Shown piece after piece: positions 11,001 through 23,100 of a stretch of DNA of 64,000 bases (position 1 is the first letter of the stretch; each line of letters begins with the position of its first letter). The stretch is taken from positions 1 to 64,000 of the forward strand of contig NW_027597459.1 of NCBI RefSeq assembly GCF_964194155.1, given 5' to 3'. This DNA comes from Cetorhinus maximus. Taxonomy: Eukaryota. Under the pieces are notes generated by a model. It had not been told where the DNA came from, searched no databases, and saw only the letters and a list, made by a program, of their open reading frames with translations. The translations under genes were made by a program, and so were the position numbers.

Positions 11001-14000
11001 CTCTGAGGCAATGCTATGCGCTTTGTAATTTTAAAAAAAGTACACTCCACTATTATAATTGAAGGCCAGCTTCTGAAGAATCAGGGAAGAGGTGAGCAGT
11101 CTTTTTTTATATTAAATGGAGGGCTGTTAGAAACTACAATGGGAGCAGCAGAATTAGCTAGTTTTATAAGAGGAGGGGTTTGTGGAATGACTTACAAAGT
11201 CGGGGGAAGGTGTTTCAGAGAGAGAGGGTGTAAGGGCAGAATGGAGCTCTCGCTGAGGGAGGTGGGATGGAAGATGGTACTATGCTGCATAACCCTGTGT
11301 CTCGCCTGTTTCCCCCCTCAGGGGTCCTGGACGAAGAGGATGATGTCCTCGTCAACGTCAACATCCTGGATAAGGAGCGAGCCGACAAGAACGTGGAGCA
11401 GAAGAAAAAGAAACCCGACTACAAGCCCTACGAGGAGGAAGAGAGCGTGGACGACATGGTGGTGGTGGGTTCAACGCGCGTGCCTCTGTAGCTCGCTCTG
11501 GACTCCACTGCAGCTCGGCAAGGGGAACTGAGGTCCCTTCATCCAGACAGAGAAAGGTCCATGCTCTGTTAGCCGAGTTCAGCTGACTGCGCAGAGCTGA
11601 GAATCAGTCAGGGTTCCTGCCCCTGATTACCTGTCCACCCACCCCAGGGTAAGAGGTGGAGAGAGGGAGGATCAACCTGGGTTCCTGCCCCCGATCACTG
11701 TCCATTGACCCAAGGGTTAGGGGCAGAGAGAGGGGGAATCAGCCAGGGTTCCTGCCCCCCCCATCACGGTCCAGTGACCCTATGGTTAGGGGTAGAGAGG
11801 GGCGAATCAGTCAGGGTGAGGGGGATAATCAGCCAGTGTCCCTGATCCCGATTACTGTCCACTGACCCCAGGGTTAAAGGCAGAAAGAAGAAGAATCAGC
11901 CAGGGTTCGTGGTCATGATTACTGCCCCATGATGTCCTACATGAAAGCACGGCTGTAAGAGCAGGGTTAAGCTGGCCTGTGATTCCCCATGTAGTTGAAC
12001 AGCCGCGATTGGTAGTTTTTTGGCAGGGTTGGAACCAAACCCATGCTCAGATATTGGAGAAAGAAAGGGGTGGCCTGGTTAAGCAGGGAGCATCTTATCT
12101 AGGCCAGGCCCTGTCGAGGACGAGTGAGAGAGAAGCAGTAGCCCTGCCCCAGCCTCCATCCCCACCACAAAATATATGGGAGTGAGGAATATGCTGATAG
12201 GGTGAGATGAAATAAGGTGAGAGGAGTCTCATTGAATTATTTTGACACAGGAGGAGGCCATTTGGCCCATTGTACACTTGCTGGCCCTCATTACACCACT
12301 CCAGTCAGTCCTGATATATCCTTCAACTGAGCATGGGTTTTGTTCCAACCCTGCCAAATAACACACAATCACAGAATCTCACAGTGCAGAAGAGGCCCTT
12401 CGGCCCATCGAGTCTGCACCGATACGTGAGAAACACCTGACCTACTGACCTAATCCCATTTACCAGCACATGGCCCATAGCCCTGAATGTTATGACCTGC
12501 CAAGTGCTCATCCAGGTACTTTTTAAAGGATGTGAGGCAACCCGCCTCCACCACCCTCCCAGGCAGCACATTCCAGACTGTCACCACCCTCTGGGTAAAA
12601 AAAAGTTTCTCCTCATATCCCCCACCCCCCTAAACCTCCTGCCCCTCACCTTGAACTTCTGTCCCCTCGTGACTGACCTTTCAACTAAGGGGAACAGCTG
12701 CTCCCTATCCACCCTGTCCATGCCCCGCATAATCTTGTACACCTTGATCAGGTCGCCCCTCAGTCTTCTCTGCTCCAACGAAAACAACCCAAGTCCATCC
12801 AACCTCTCTTCATAACTTAAATGTTTCATCCCAGGCAACGTCCTGGTGAATCTCCTCTGCACCCCACCCCAGTGCAATCACATCCTTCCTATAATGTGGC
12901 GACCAGAACTGCGCACAGTACTCCAGCTGTGGCCTCACCAAGGTTCTATACAACTCCACCATGACCTCCCAATCTCGGCTGTTCATGCTGTTCAACTACA
13001 TAGGGAATCTCAGGCCAGCTTAACCCTGCCCTCACGGTTGTACTTCCTAGTAGGACGTCATGGGGCAGTAATCATGACCATGACCCCTGGCTGATTCTTC
13101 CCCCTCTCTCTCCCTAACCCTGGGGTTTACTGGACAGTGATCGAGAGCAGGAACCCTGGCTGATTCACCTGCTCCCTGCCCCAAACCCTGCAGTCGGTGG
13201 ACAGTGCTTCTGTTCCCCATAGCGCCGCAAGTTTGTTGCCCTCAATTTCCTTGTGGAAGCATTGATTGCCTCTTGCAGAAAATGAACGCCAACGTGCACC
13301 CCGATGGGCCAAATGGCCTGTCTGCGACATGAAATTGAGCGTAGTTTTATGATGAGGGACCTCAGTTCACGCGGAGAGACTGGGAGAAGCTGGGATTGTT
13401 GCCCTTAGAGCAGAGAAGGTTAAGGGGGAGATTGAATGGAGGCGTTCAAAATCAGGAAGGGTTTGGATAGAGTGAATAAGGTGAAACGGTTCCTAGTGGC
13501 AGGAGGGTCGGTAACTAGAGGGGGACACAGATTGAAGAGAACCGGTAAAAGAGCCAGAGGGGGGGAGATGAGGGTTTCTTTTACACAGCGAGTTGTTGTG
13601 ATCTGGAAGGCGCTGCCTGAAAGGGCGGCGGAAGCAGATTCAATAGGGACTTTCAAAAGGGGGGAATTGGACGAATACTCAAAAAGGAGAAAGGGAAGGA
13701 GTGGGGCTATTTGGATAGCACAGCCCGATGTGGTGATTGGCCTCTTGACACTTTTTTTTTTCTTCTGCTTTCTTTTGAAGTTCAAAGCCAAGTCGATCCT
13801 ATCCAAGTACGACGAGGAGATCGATGGGGAGAAGAAGAAGTCCTTCAAGCTGGAGTCAGGCGGGACTGCGGATGGCTCGTGGGAGAGGGAGCTGCAGCAG
13901 ATCCGGGAGACCCTGCGGAACCAGGCACAGACCCTGGACATGCCGCAGATGAAGGTGGCGTCGGAGTTCTACACCGAGGAGGAGATGGTGAGGCAGGCGG

Positions 14001-14065
14001 CAGTCAGCGTCCTGGCTCGGGATGCTGCATCGTGATGCTCGGGCTCAGGCCACGCTGTTAACTCT

Positions 14066-14105
<40 letters not shown>

Positions 14106-17100
14106 GTCACATTTAAGAAAACAAAGCGGAGGGTGAAGAAAATCCGGAAGAAGGAAACGGCACTGAAAGCCGAGGACCTCCTTGCCCGCGGACACGACAG
14201 CACCGTCACGGACTACGGGTCCAGGTGGGTCGCATCTCTAGCCCTTACACCCTGACTGCCCCTCTGCTGTCCGCCAGTCTTATTCTTTCATGGGGTGTGG
14301 GTGCCGCTGGCAAGACCAGCATTTATTGCCCATCCTTAATTGCCCTTGAACTGAGTGGCTTGCTCGGCCATTTCAGGGGACAGTTTAAGAGTCAACCACA
14401 TTTGCTGTGGGTCTGGAGTCGCATGTAGGCCAGACCGGGTAAGGACGGCAGATTTCTTTCCCTAAAGGGCATTAGTGGAACCAGGTGGGTTTTTATAACA
14501 ATCGATGGTAGTTTCACGGTCACCCATCACTGAGACTAGCTTTATATTCCTTTGACATCTCCTTCCAAACCCACGACCTCTACCACCTAGAAGGACAAGG
14601 ACAGCAGCCGCATGAGGAGCACCCCCACCTGCAAGTTCCCCTCCAAGCCACTCAGCATCCTGACTTGGAAATGTATCGGCCGTTCCTTCACCGTCACTGG
14701 AACTTCCCACCGCCCCTTCCTAACAGCGCTGTGGGTGCACCTACACCACACGGAGTGCAGCGGTTCAAGAAGGCAGCTCACCACCGCCTGAAAGGGGCAA
14801 TTAGGAATGGGTAACAAACATTGGCCTTGCCAGCGACACCCACATTCCATTAACTGAAAAGATCTAGAATTATCATAATTAGAGTCAATGTCATTATCTC
14901 TCTCGCCGCCCCACCCCCCAGCCCCCCCCCCTCTCTCTCTCTTTCCTCCTCGCCCACCCCATCCTGCCCCACTCGGGATATGTGAGGTGTTCATTCTGAT
15001 ATGTCACCTTTGACAGGGATCGCGGCCGGGGCTGGAAGTTCAATAGCGAAGCAGAGGCAGAAGGCAACACAGAAGAAGCAGAGGCTGCCGATCCAGAGGT
15101 ACAACCCGTGTCAGATGACATGCGTGTGGAAAGCATGGACATCAGTGATGGTATGTCTGCCTGGGTGCCACGGTTGGGGTGGGTTGGCAGTGCCACTTAC
15201 AAACATGAGCTTGGCCAGACTGGGGAAAGACAGCGGTTTTCTGGCCCTATAGGACATTACTGAACCATCATTTCTCAAACCCTCGGCAATGCCTTTGTCA
15301 TCCATTTTTCCCCCATCCTCCCCGCTATATACAAATATTCCACCCACTCCTGGCTGGCCTCCCACATATTACCCTCTGTAAACTCAAACTCACCTGAAAC
15401 TCTGCTGCCCACAACCCCTCCCCCCCACAGTGTCCTAATTGCACTGGCTCCAAGTACCCAGTCACCGTCCCTCACTGTGCTCGCTGATTTACGCCTGCTC
15501 CCAGTCCGGCATCACTTCAATTTAAAAGCTCTCATCTTTTGTTTCCAAATCCCTCCTCGATTGCTACCCATCTCTGTGACCTCCTCCAGCCCCTACACCC
15601 CTCCCTATCTCTGTAACCTCCTCCAGCCCCTACACCCCTCCCTATCTCTGTAACCTCCTCCAGCCCCTACAACCCTCCCTATCTCTGTAACCTCCTCCAG
15701 CCCCTACAACCCTCCCTATCTCCATAACCTCCTCCAGCCCCTATAATCCTCCCTATCTCTGTAACCTCCTCCAGCCCCTACAACCCTCCCTATCTCTCTA
15801 ACTTCCTCCAGCTCCTACACCCCTCCCTATCTCTGTAACTTCCTCCAGCCCCTACAACCCTCCCTATCTCTGTAACCTCCTCCAGCCCCTACACCCCTCC
15901 CTATCTCTGTAACCTCCTCCAGCCCCTACACCCCTCCCTATCTCTGTAACCTCCTCCAGCCCCTACAACCCTCCCTATCTCTGTAACCTCCTCCAGCTCC
16001 TACAACCCTCCCTATCTCTGTAACCTCCTCCAGCCCCTACAACCCTCCCTATCTCTGTAACCTCCTCCAGCCCCTACAACCCTCCCTATCTCTGCGGACT
16101 TCCTCCAGTCCCTACAACCCTCCCTATCTCTGTATCCTCCTCCAGCCCCTACACCCCTCCCCATCTCTGTGACTTCCTCCAGCCCCTACACCCCTCCCTC
16201 TCTTTGTAACTTCCTCCAGCCCCTACAACCCTCCCTATCTCCGTAACCTCCTCCAGCCCCTACAACCCTCCCTATCTCTGTAACCCCCTACAACCCTCCC
16301 TATCTCTGTAACCTCCTGCAGCCCCTACACCCCTCCCTATCTCTGTAACCACCTCCAGCCCCTACACCCCTCCCTATCTCTGTAAGCTCCTCCAGCCCCT
16401 ACACCCCTCCCTATCTCTGTATCCTCCTACAACCCTCCCTATCTCTGTAACCCCCTACAACCCTCCCTATCTCTGTAACCTCCTGCAGCCCCTACACCCC
16501 TCCCTATCTCTGTAACCACCTCCAGCCCCTACACCCCTCCCTATCTCTGTAAGCTCCTCCGGCCCCTACACCCCTCCCTCTCTTTGTAACTTCCTCCAGC
16601 CCCTACAACCCTCCCTATCTCTGTAACCTCCTCCAGCCCCTACAACCCTCCCTATCTCTGTAACCTCCTCCAGCCCCTACAACCCTCCCTATCTCTGTAA
16701 CCTCCTCCAGCCCCTACAACCCTCCCTATCTCTGTAACCTCCTCCAGCCCCTACACCCCTCCCTATCTCTGTAACCTCCTCCAGCCCCTACAACCCTCCC
16801 TATCTCTGTAACCTCCTCCAGCCCCTACAACCCTCCATGATCTCTGCGCTCCTCCAATTCTGGTCTCTTGAACATCCCTCGATTCCCCATCGCTCTACCA
16901 TTGGCGGCCGTGCCTTCAGCTGCCTGGGGCCCTGAGCTCTGGAATTCCCTCCCTCAACCTCTCCTCTCTCCCTCCTCCTTTAAGACATTTCTTAAAAATG
17001 GCCTCTTGGGCCAAGCTTTTGATCAATTGTCCCTAATATCAACTTGTAGCTCGGGGTCAAATTTTGACCCGATTTTCCTTCCTGTGAAATACCTCAGGAT

Positions 17101-20100
17101 GATTTACCTACCTTAAAGGTTCCCCGGCTGCTGGCCCTCCGACGGCGCGGTGTGGCGCCCCCTGGCTGCTGAGCGCGGTGCGGCGCCCCCCTGGCTGCCG
17201 GCCCTCCGACGGCGCGGTGCGGCGCCCCCTGGCTGCTGGCCCTCCGACGGTGTGGTGTGGCGCCCCCTGGCTGCTGAGCGCGGTGCGGCGCCCCCTGGCT
17301 GCTGGCCCTCCGACGGCGCGGTGCGGCGCCCCCTGGCTGCCGGCCCTCCGACGGCGCGGTGCGGCGCCCCCTGGCTGCCGGCCCTCCGACGGTGCGGTGC
17401 GGCGCCCCCTGGCTGCCGGCCCTCCGACGGCGCGGTGCGGCGCCCCCTGGCTGCCGGCCCTCCGACGGCGCGGTGCGGCGCCCCCTGGCTGCCGGCCCTC
17501 CGACGGCGCGGTGCGGCGCCCCCTGGCTGCCGGCCCTCCGACGGCGCGGTGCGGCGCCCCCTGGCTGCCGGCCCTCCGACGGCGCGGTGCGGCGCCCCCT
17601 GGCTGCCGGCCCTCCGACGGCGCGGTGCGGCGCCCCCTGGCTGCCGGCCCTCCGACGGCGCGGTGCGGCGCCCCCTGGCTGCCGGCCCTCCGACGGCGCA
17701 GCAGTGTGAAAGATGGAGCTGTAACGTTCATGTTCTTGTTTAATGTGGAATTGGTGGGGGGGGGCGGTGTGGGGGTTGCGAAGCAGCATCGTGTGACCAG
17801 CCTGCCATGTCTTTTCCCCCCTCAGATGAAGCCAGAGCTCCTGACTCTCCGGTGGCCATTGAGGAGGATGAGGCCGAGATGGAGCTCCAGAAACAACTGG
17901 AGAAGCAGCGGCGGCTCAGACAGTCGCACAAACAGGCTTCTGACAAGGTGAGGCAGGAGCCATCCCCGTCAAAAAGGAGCTGCACCAGCCCCTGGTTGGG
18001 AATGTGCTGTTGTGGGGTGGGGTCAACAACTTACCTGCAGCCAAATCAGTTTACCCCATTGAATGATGCAGTGATCCTGTACCTGAGCTTTCCCTGTGCA
18101 CTTGTACATCTCAGCAGGGGCCAGTGTCCCTCCTGTCAAGGACTGCAGACAGCACTCGCACAGGACCCTGCATAAACCCTCAGATTGAATCTGACATGGA
18201 TCATTGTGCTGGCTGGAACTTTCACCCAGTGTGTGACTAAGGGAGCTTGAGTTGGTTTACATAGGATTACAGAATATATATATATATGGCACAGAAAGAG
18301 GCTGTTCGGCCCAGCCAGTCCATATCGGTCCACTCAAGCCTCCTCCCATCTTTCCCCATCTGAATCTACCATCGTAACCCTCTATCCCCTTCTCCCTCGT
18401 TATACTTGTCTAGTTTCCCTTTAAATGTAGCTACACTATTCACCTCAACCACTCCCTGTGGCAGCGAACTCCACATTTCCCCACTCTCTAGGCAAAGAAG
18501 TTTCTCCCGAATTCCCAGTTGGATTTCTCGGTGACTATCTTATATTGACGGCCTCTAGTCCTGCTGTTCCCCAGAAGGGGAAGCATACTCTCTTCATCCA
18601 CTCGATCAAAACCTTTCAGGATTTTGACCACCTCCGTTAGGTCATCCCTCAGCCTTCTCTTCTCAAGAGAGAAGGGACCCGACCTGTCAGTACTTTCCTG
18701 ATGTGTATACCCACACATTACTGTTACCATCCTTGTAAATCTTCTCTGCACCCTCTCGAGTGCCTCTATACCCACTTTGTGATATGGTGACCAGAACTGC
18801 ATGCAGTGCTCTAAGTGTGGCCTAACTGAGATTTAATAAAAGTTTGGCATAACTGCCCTACTCTTCAATTCTGTCCCTCTAGGAGTGAAGCCTGGTGTTT
18901 AGTTTTACCTTTATTTTTGTGCCCTTGCTAACCTCTGTTGCCATTTTAGTGATCGTTGTGTTTGTCCATGGAGATCCCTTTGTTCCTCTACCCCACCTAG
19001 ACCCTTCCCTTCCAAGTGAGAATTACTGAGTGAGTCACTGTGGTCTGATGCGGAGCTGGGAGTTTGGGACTGGGTTTAGATCCCTGTTTCCACTGTGTGA
19101 AGCCGTAGCGGACACTGCTCCCAAGAAGGGCTGCCCGTGTTCCAAAAATCAGGAAGAAAAAAACCTGTTTTCCCCTCGCTGCCAGGTCGTCGACATTGCG
19201 AAGAAACTGAAGTCTGAACGTAAGGATGAGGATGCAGATGAGTTGGAGAGAAAGGGGCTGATCGTCTTCAATGCCACGTCGGAATTCTGCCGGACGCTCG
19301 GAGAAATCCCAACCTATGGGCTGGCTGGCAACCGGGAAGAGCAGGAGGAGCTGCTGGTGAGTGTGAGCAGTGTTTGATGGGGACAGTGTAGAGAGAGCTT
19401 TACTCTGTATCTAACCCCGTGCTGTACCTGTCCTGGGAGTGTTTGATGGGGACGGTGTAGAGGGAACTTTACTCTGTATCTAACCCCGCGCTGTACCTGT
19501 CCTGGGAGTGTTTGATGGGGACAGTGTAGAGGGAGCTTTACTCTGTATCTAACCCTGTGCTGTTGGGGACAGTGTAGAGGGGACGACGGTTCTGCGTGGT
19601 CACAGTCTCGGACTGATGCTGAAGTGTGTGTTATTCCCTTAACCCCACCCCCCTCTCCATGCAGGACTTTGAGGTGGAGAACAAGGAATTATCAGATGAT
19701 GAGATGGAGATGGACCGGGATGAGACGGTGGGCTGGAGCACAGTGAACCTGGACGAGGAGAAGAAGCAACCAGAGGTAAGGCAAGCGACGGCCAATTATT
19801 TCCTTATCGGGGAGGGGGTTTGGGGGTACAAAGGTTGGCTCTGCAGTCTTTGCATTTCTAGACTTGCCTTACCAATATGACCCTGTCCTGAGGCGAGGCC
19901 TCAGCTGGAGAATCGTGTCCAATTCTGGGTCCCACACTTTTTAAAGGATATCAGGGCCTTGGAGAGGGCGTGGAAGGTTTTGACTTGACTCCTAGTCAAA
20001 CGGTGGCAGGGATGAGAGAGACTTCAGTTCCTGTGGAGAGACTTCAGTTCATGTGCAGAGACTGGAGAAGCTGCGATTGTTCTCCTTAGAGCAGAGAAGG

Positions 20101-23100
20101 TTAAGGGGGGCGGGGTTCAGTCGAGGCGTTCCACTCCAGGGACTTGAGCTCAAACTCAAGCCCAGGACGCCCAGTGCCAGCACTGAGGGAGAGCTGCACT
20201 GTCAGAGGCACCATCTTTCAAATCAGACATTAAATCGACGCCCCCCCTGTCTGCCCTCTCACAAGGCTCTAAAGGACCCCATGGGCACTGTTGAGAGAGA
20301 GAAGCAGGGGGTGAGTTCTAACTGTGGCTTGCACCTAATATATACCATGAGCCAATGTCACTTTGTAAAATAACAGAGAACCTCGACATTTTTTATGTTT
20401 GCATCTTGTGCGCATTTCCAGCTTAACACACTTCCAAAACATAAAGCTTTTTGTTGGCTGTGAAGTGATTCTTGAGGTTCTGAAAGACACTGTATACCAT
20501 TACAACCCTTTTATATCTTGTGTTTCACTGCCTCTTTCTCCCCCACCCCCAAACCCTACTCTCTCTCCCTCCCTCTCTCTCTCTCCCCCCCCCTCTCCCT
20601 CTCTCTCAGTTCTTGGCCACGTCCACCACCATCCTGGATGAAGAGCCCATCGTGAACTGCGGGCTAGCAGCCGCGTTGCATCTCTGCAGGAACAAAGGCA
20701 GGTTAATCGATCGGGGAAGCCACCCCCCCTTCCCCCCCCCCCAAAACCCTTTTCCGCTTTCTGATCCGAGGGTGGAGAGAGAGAGAGAGAGCTGGTTATT
20801 GTAGAAGCATAGGCCAGCGTAGCCGTGACTTGCGGACTAATGCCCGCTACAACCCCTAGTTACATGGAGAAGCTGGGATTGTCGTCCTTGGGAGCAGAAA
20901 AGGTTAAGGGGGAGATTTAATCATATGGGGTTTCAATAAAGTAAATAAGGACTGTTTTCAGTGGCGGGGGTGGGGGGCGTCAGTAACCAGAGGGGGACAC
21001 AGATTGAGGAGAATCGGGAAAAGAGCCAGAGGGGGAGATGAGGAGAATGTTTTTTTTTTACACAGCGAGTTGTTGTGATCTGGAAGGCGCTGCCTGAAAG
21101 GGCGGCGGAAGCAGATTCAATAGGGACTGTCAAAAGGCGGGGGGAATTGGAGAAATACTTGAAGGGCAGAAACTTGCAGGGCTGTGGGGAGTGGGCCGAA
21201 TTGGATCGCCCTTTCAGAGGGACAGCACCAGGCGCGATTAGCCGAGTGGCCTCCTGTGCCGTACGATGCTGTGAACTTGGGGAAAATGTCTGTCAGGCTC
21301 CACCTCCCCCCCTCGGCCGTGTTTGCCAATCAGTGGATGCTGGAGTCTCCCCATGTGTCCCTGTAGCAGCTGGGTTTCCTTCTCCTGAATTGATACCCAG
21401 TGACCCCTGCTGGAGAACATATCAATACCAGGTGGAGGGAGGGAGGGCAGGATCGAGGCTGCCTCTGCAGCTGCCTTAGTGGAATAGCTGACCACTGCTC
21501 AGGGTTGCGAGTGAAGTTATCGCAGGGGGTTCCCTTGGGGAGGGTTGGACCTTTGGCAGCAGAGTAGAAGATTTGGGGGTAGGAATATGTGGTGAGTTTT
21601 CAGCAGCGGGGTGTGCGGGTTTAAGGTGAACTCTTTTTTTTCCAATCCTCACCGCCAGTGAGGGGGCGCCTGTGACTCTGCTCCTTCCTGTTTCAGGTCT
21701 CCTCGACACGACGATGCAGAAAGTAGCCCGAGTCCGGTCATCAGTCAAGACTCTCCCATCAACAGTTTACGCTATTGAGGACAAGATGTAAGCAATTGGT
21801 CCATGGTGGGTGGGGCTCTGAGCCTGGGGCGGGGCCATGAGGCGGAGCTCTGAGCCTGGGGCGGGGCCATGAGGCGGAGCTCTGAGCCTGGGGCGGGGCC
21901 ATGAGGCGGAGCTCCGAGCCTGGGGCGGGGCCATGAGGCGGAGCTCCGAGCCTGGGGCGGGGCCATGAGGCGGAGCTCCAAGCCTGGGGCGGGGCCATGA
22001 GGCGGAGCTCCGAGCCTGGGGCGGGGCCATGAGGCGGAGCTCCGAGCCTGGGGCGGGGCCATGAGGCGGAGCTCTGAGCCTAGATAACGGCATTGCTTAT
22101 TTTTATTCATTCATGGGATGTAGGCATAACTGGCAAGGCCAGCCCTAATCGTCCTTGAGAAGGTGGTGATGATCCATCTTCATGAACCGCTGCAGTCTAT
22201 GTGGTGCAGGTAGGGAGTTCCAGGATTTTGACCCAGCAACAGTGAAGGAACGGCCAATATGGTTCCCAGTCAGGATGGTGTGCAGCTTGGAGGGGAACCT
22301 GCAGGTGATGGTGTTCCCATGCGCCTGCTGCCCTTGTCCTTCGAGGTGGTAGAGGTCGCAGGTTTGGAAGGTGCTGTCTAAGGAGTCTTGGTGAATTGCT
22401 GCAGTGCATCTTGTAGATGGTACACACACTGCTGCTACTGTGCGTCGGCGGTGGGGGGAGTGAATGTTTGAGGATGGGGTGCCAATCAAGCGGGGCTGTT
22501 TTGTCCTGGATGGTGTCAAACTTCTTGTGTTGTGGGAGCTGCACTCATCCAGGCAAGTAGAGAGTATCCCATCACACTCTGGACTTGTGCCGTGTGGATG
22601 GTGGACAGGTTTTGGGGAGTCAGGAGGCGAGTTACTCTGCAGAATCCCCAGCCTCTGACCTGCTGTTGTAGCCACAGTGTATTGCTGGTCCAGATGGAGG
22701 GATGGCTCCGGGACACTGCCCTTGACTCACCCCCATGTGTATCTCTAACTAATTGTTATGTCTAAATATTTTGGGATGACAAAATCCTGCACCTGTTCGT
22801 GTGGGCCTCACTGAACCGGTCAGTGACTCTCTAACTGTGCTACGTTGGTGCAGGTTGATAGATGACAAGTACAGTCGGAGAGAGGAGTACCGCGGCTTCA
22901 CACAGGAGTTCAAGGAGAAGGAGGCGTACAGGCCAGACGTGAAGATCGATTACGTGGATGAATCAGGAAGAAGACTCACTCCGAAAGAGGCAAGTTGGAA
23001 ATTGTAATCCTAGGCTTGTGTGTTTTTGTTTAAAACAAAAAGAACCAAACTCCATCCCACAACACAATCCAGGCTGACGCTCCCAGTGCTGCACTGTCTG

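Noticed and set aside
13436-14035. 199-aa ORF suggesting a CR1-SART1 fusion exon
   Set aside because: Chance in-frame read-through across the polypyrimidine tract; the true acceptor is at 13780.
17094-17951. Several overlapping 200-aa ORFs; likewise at 27382-28101, 38987-39464, 42515-43017 and 48650-49929
   Set aside because: Open in many frames on both strands because the tandem units lack stop codons.
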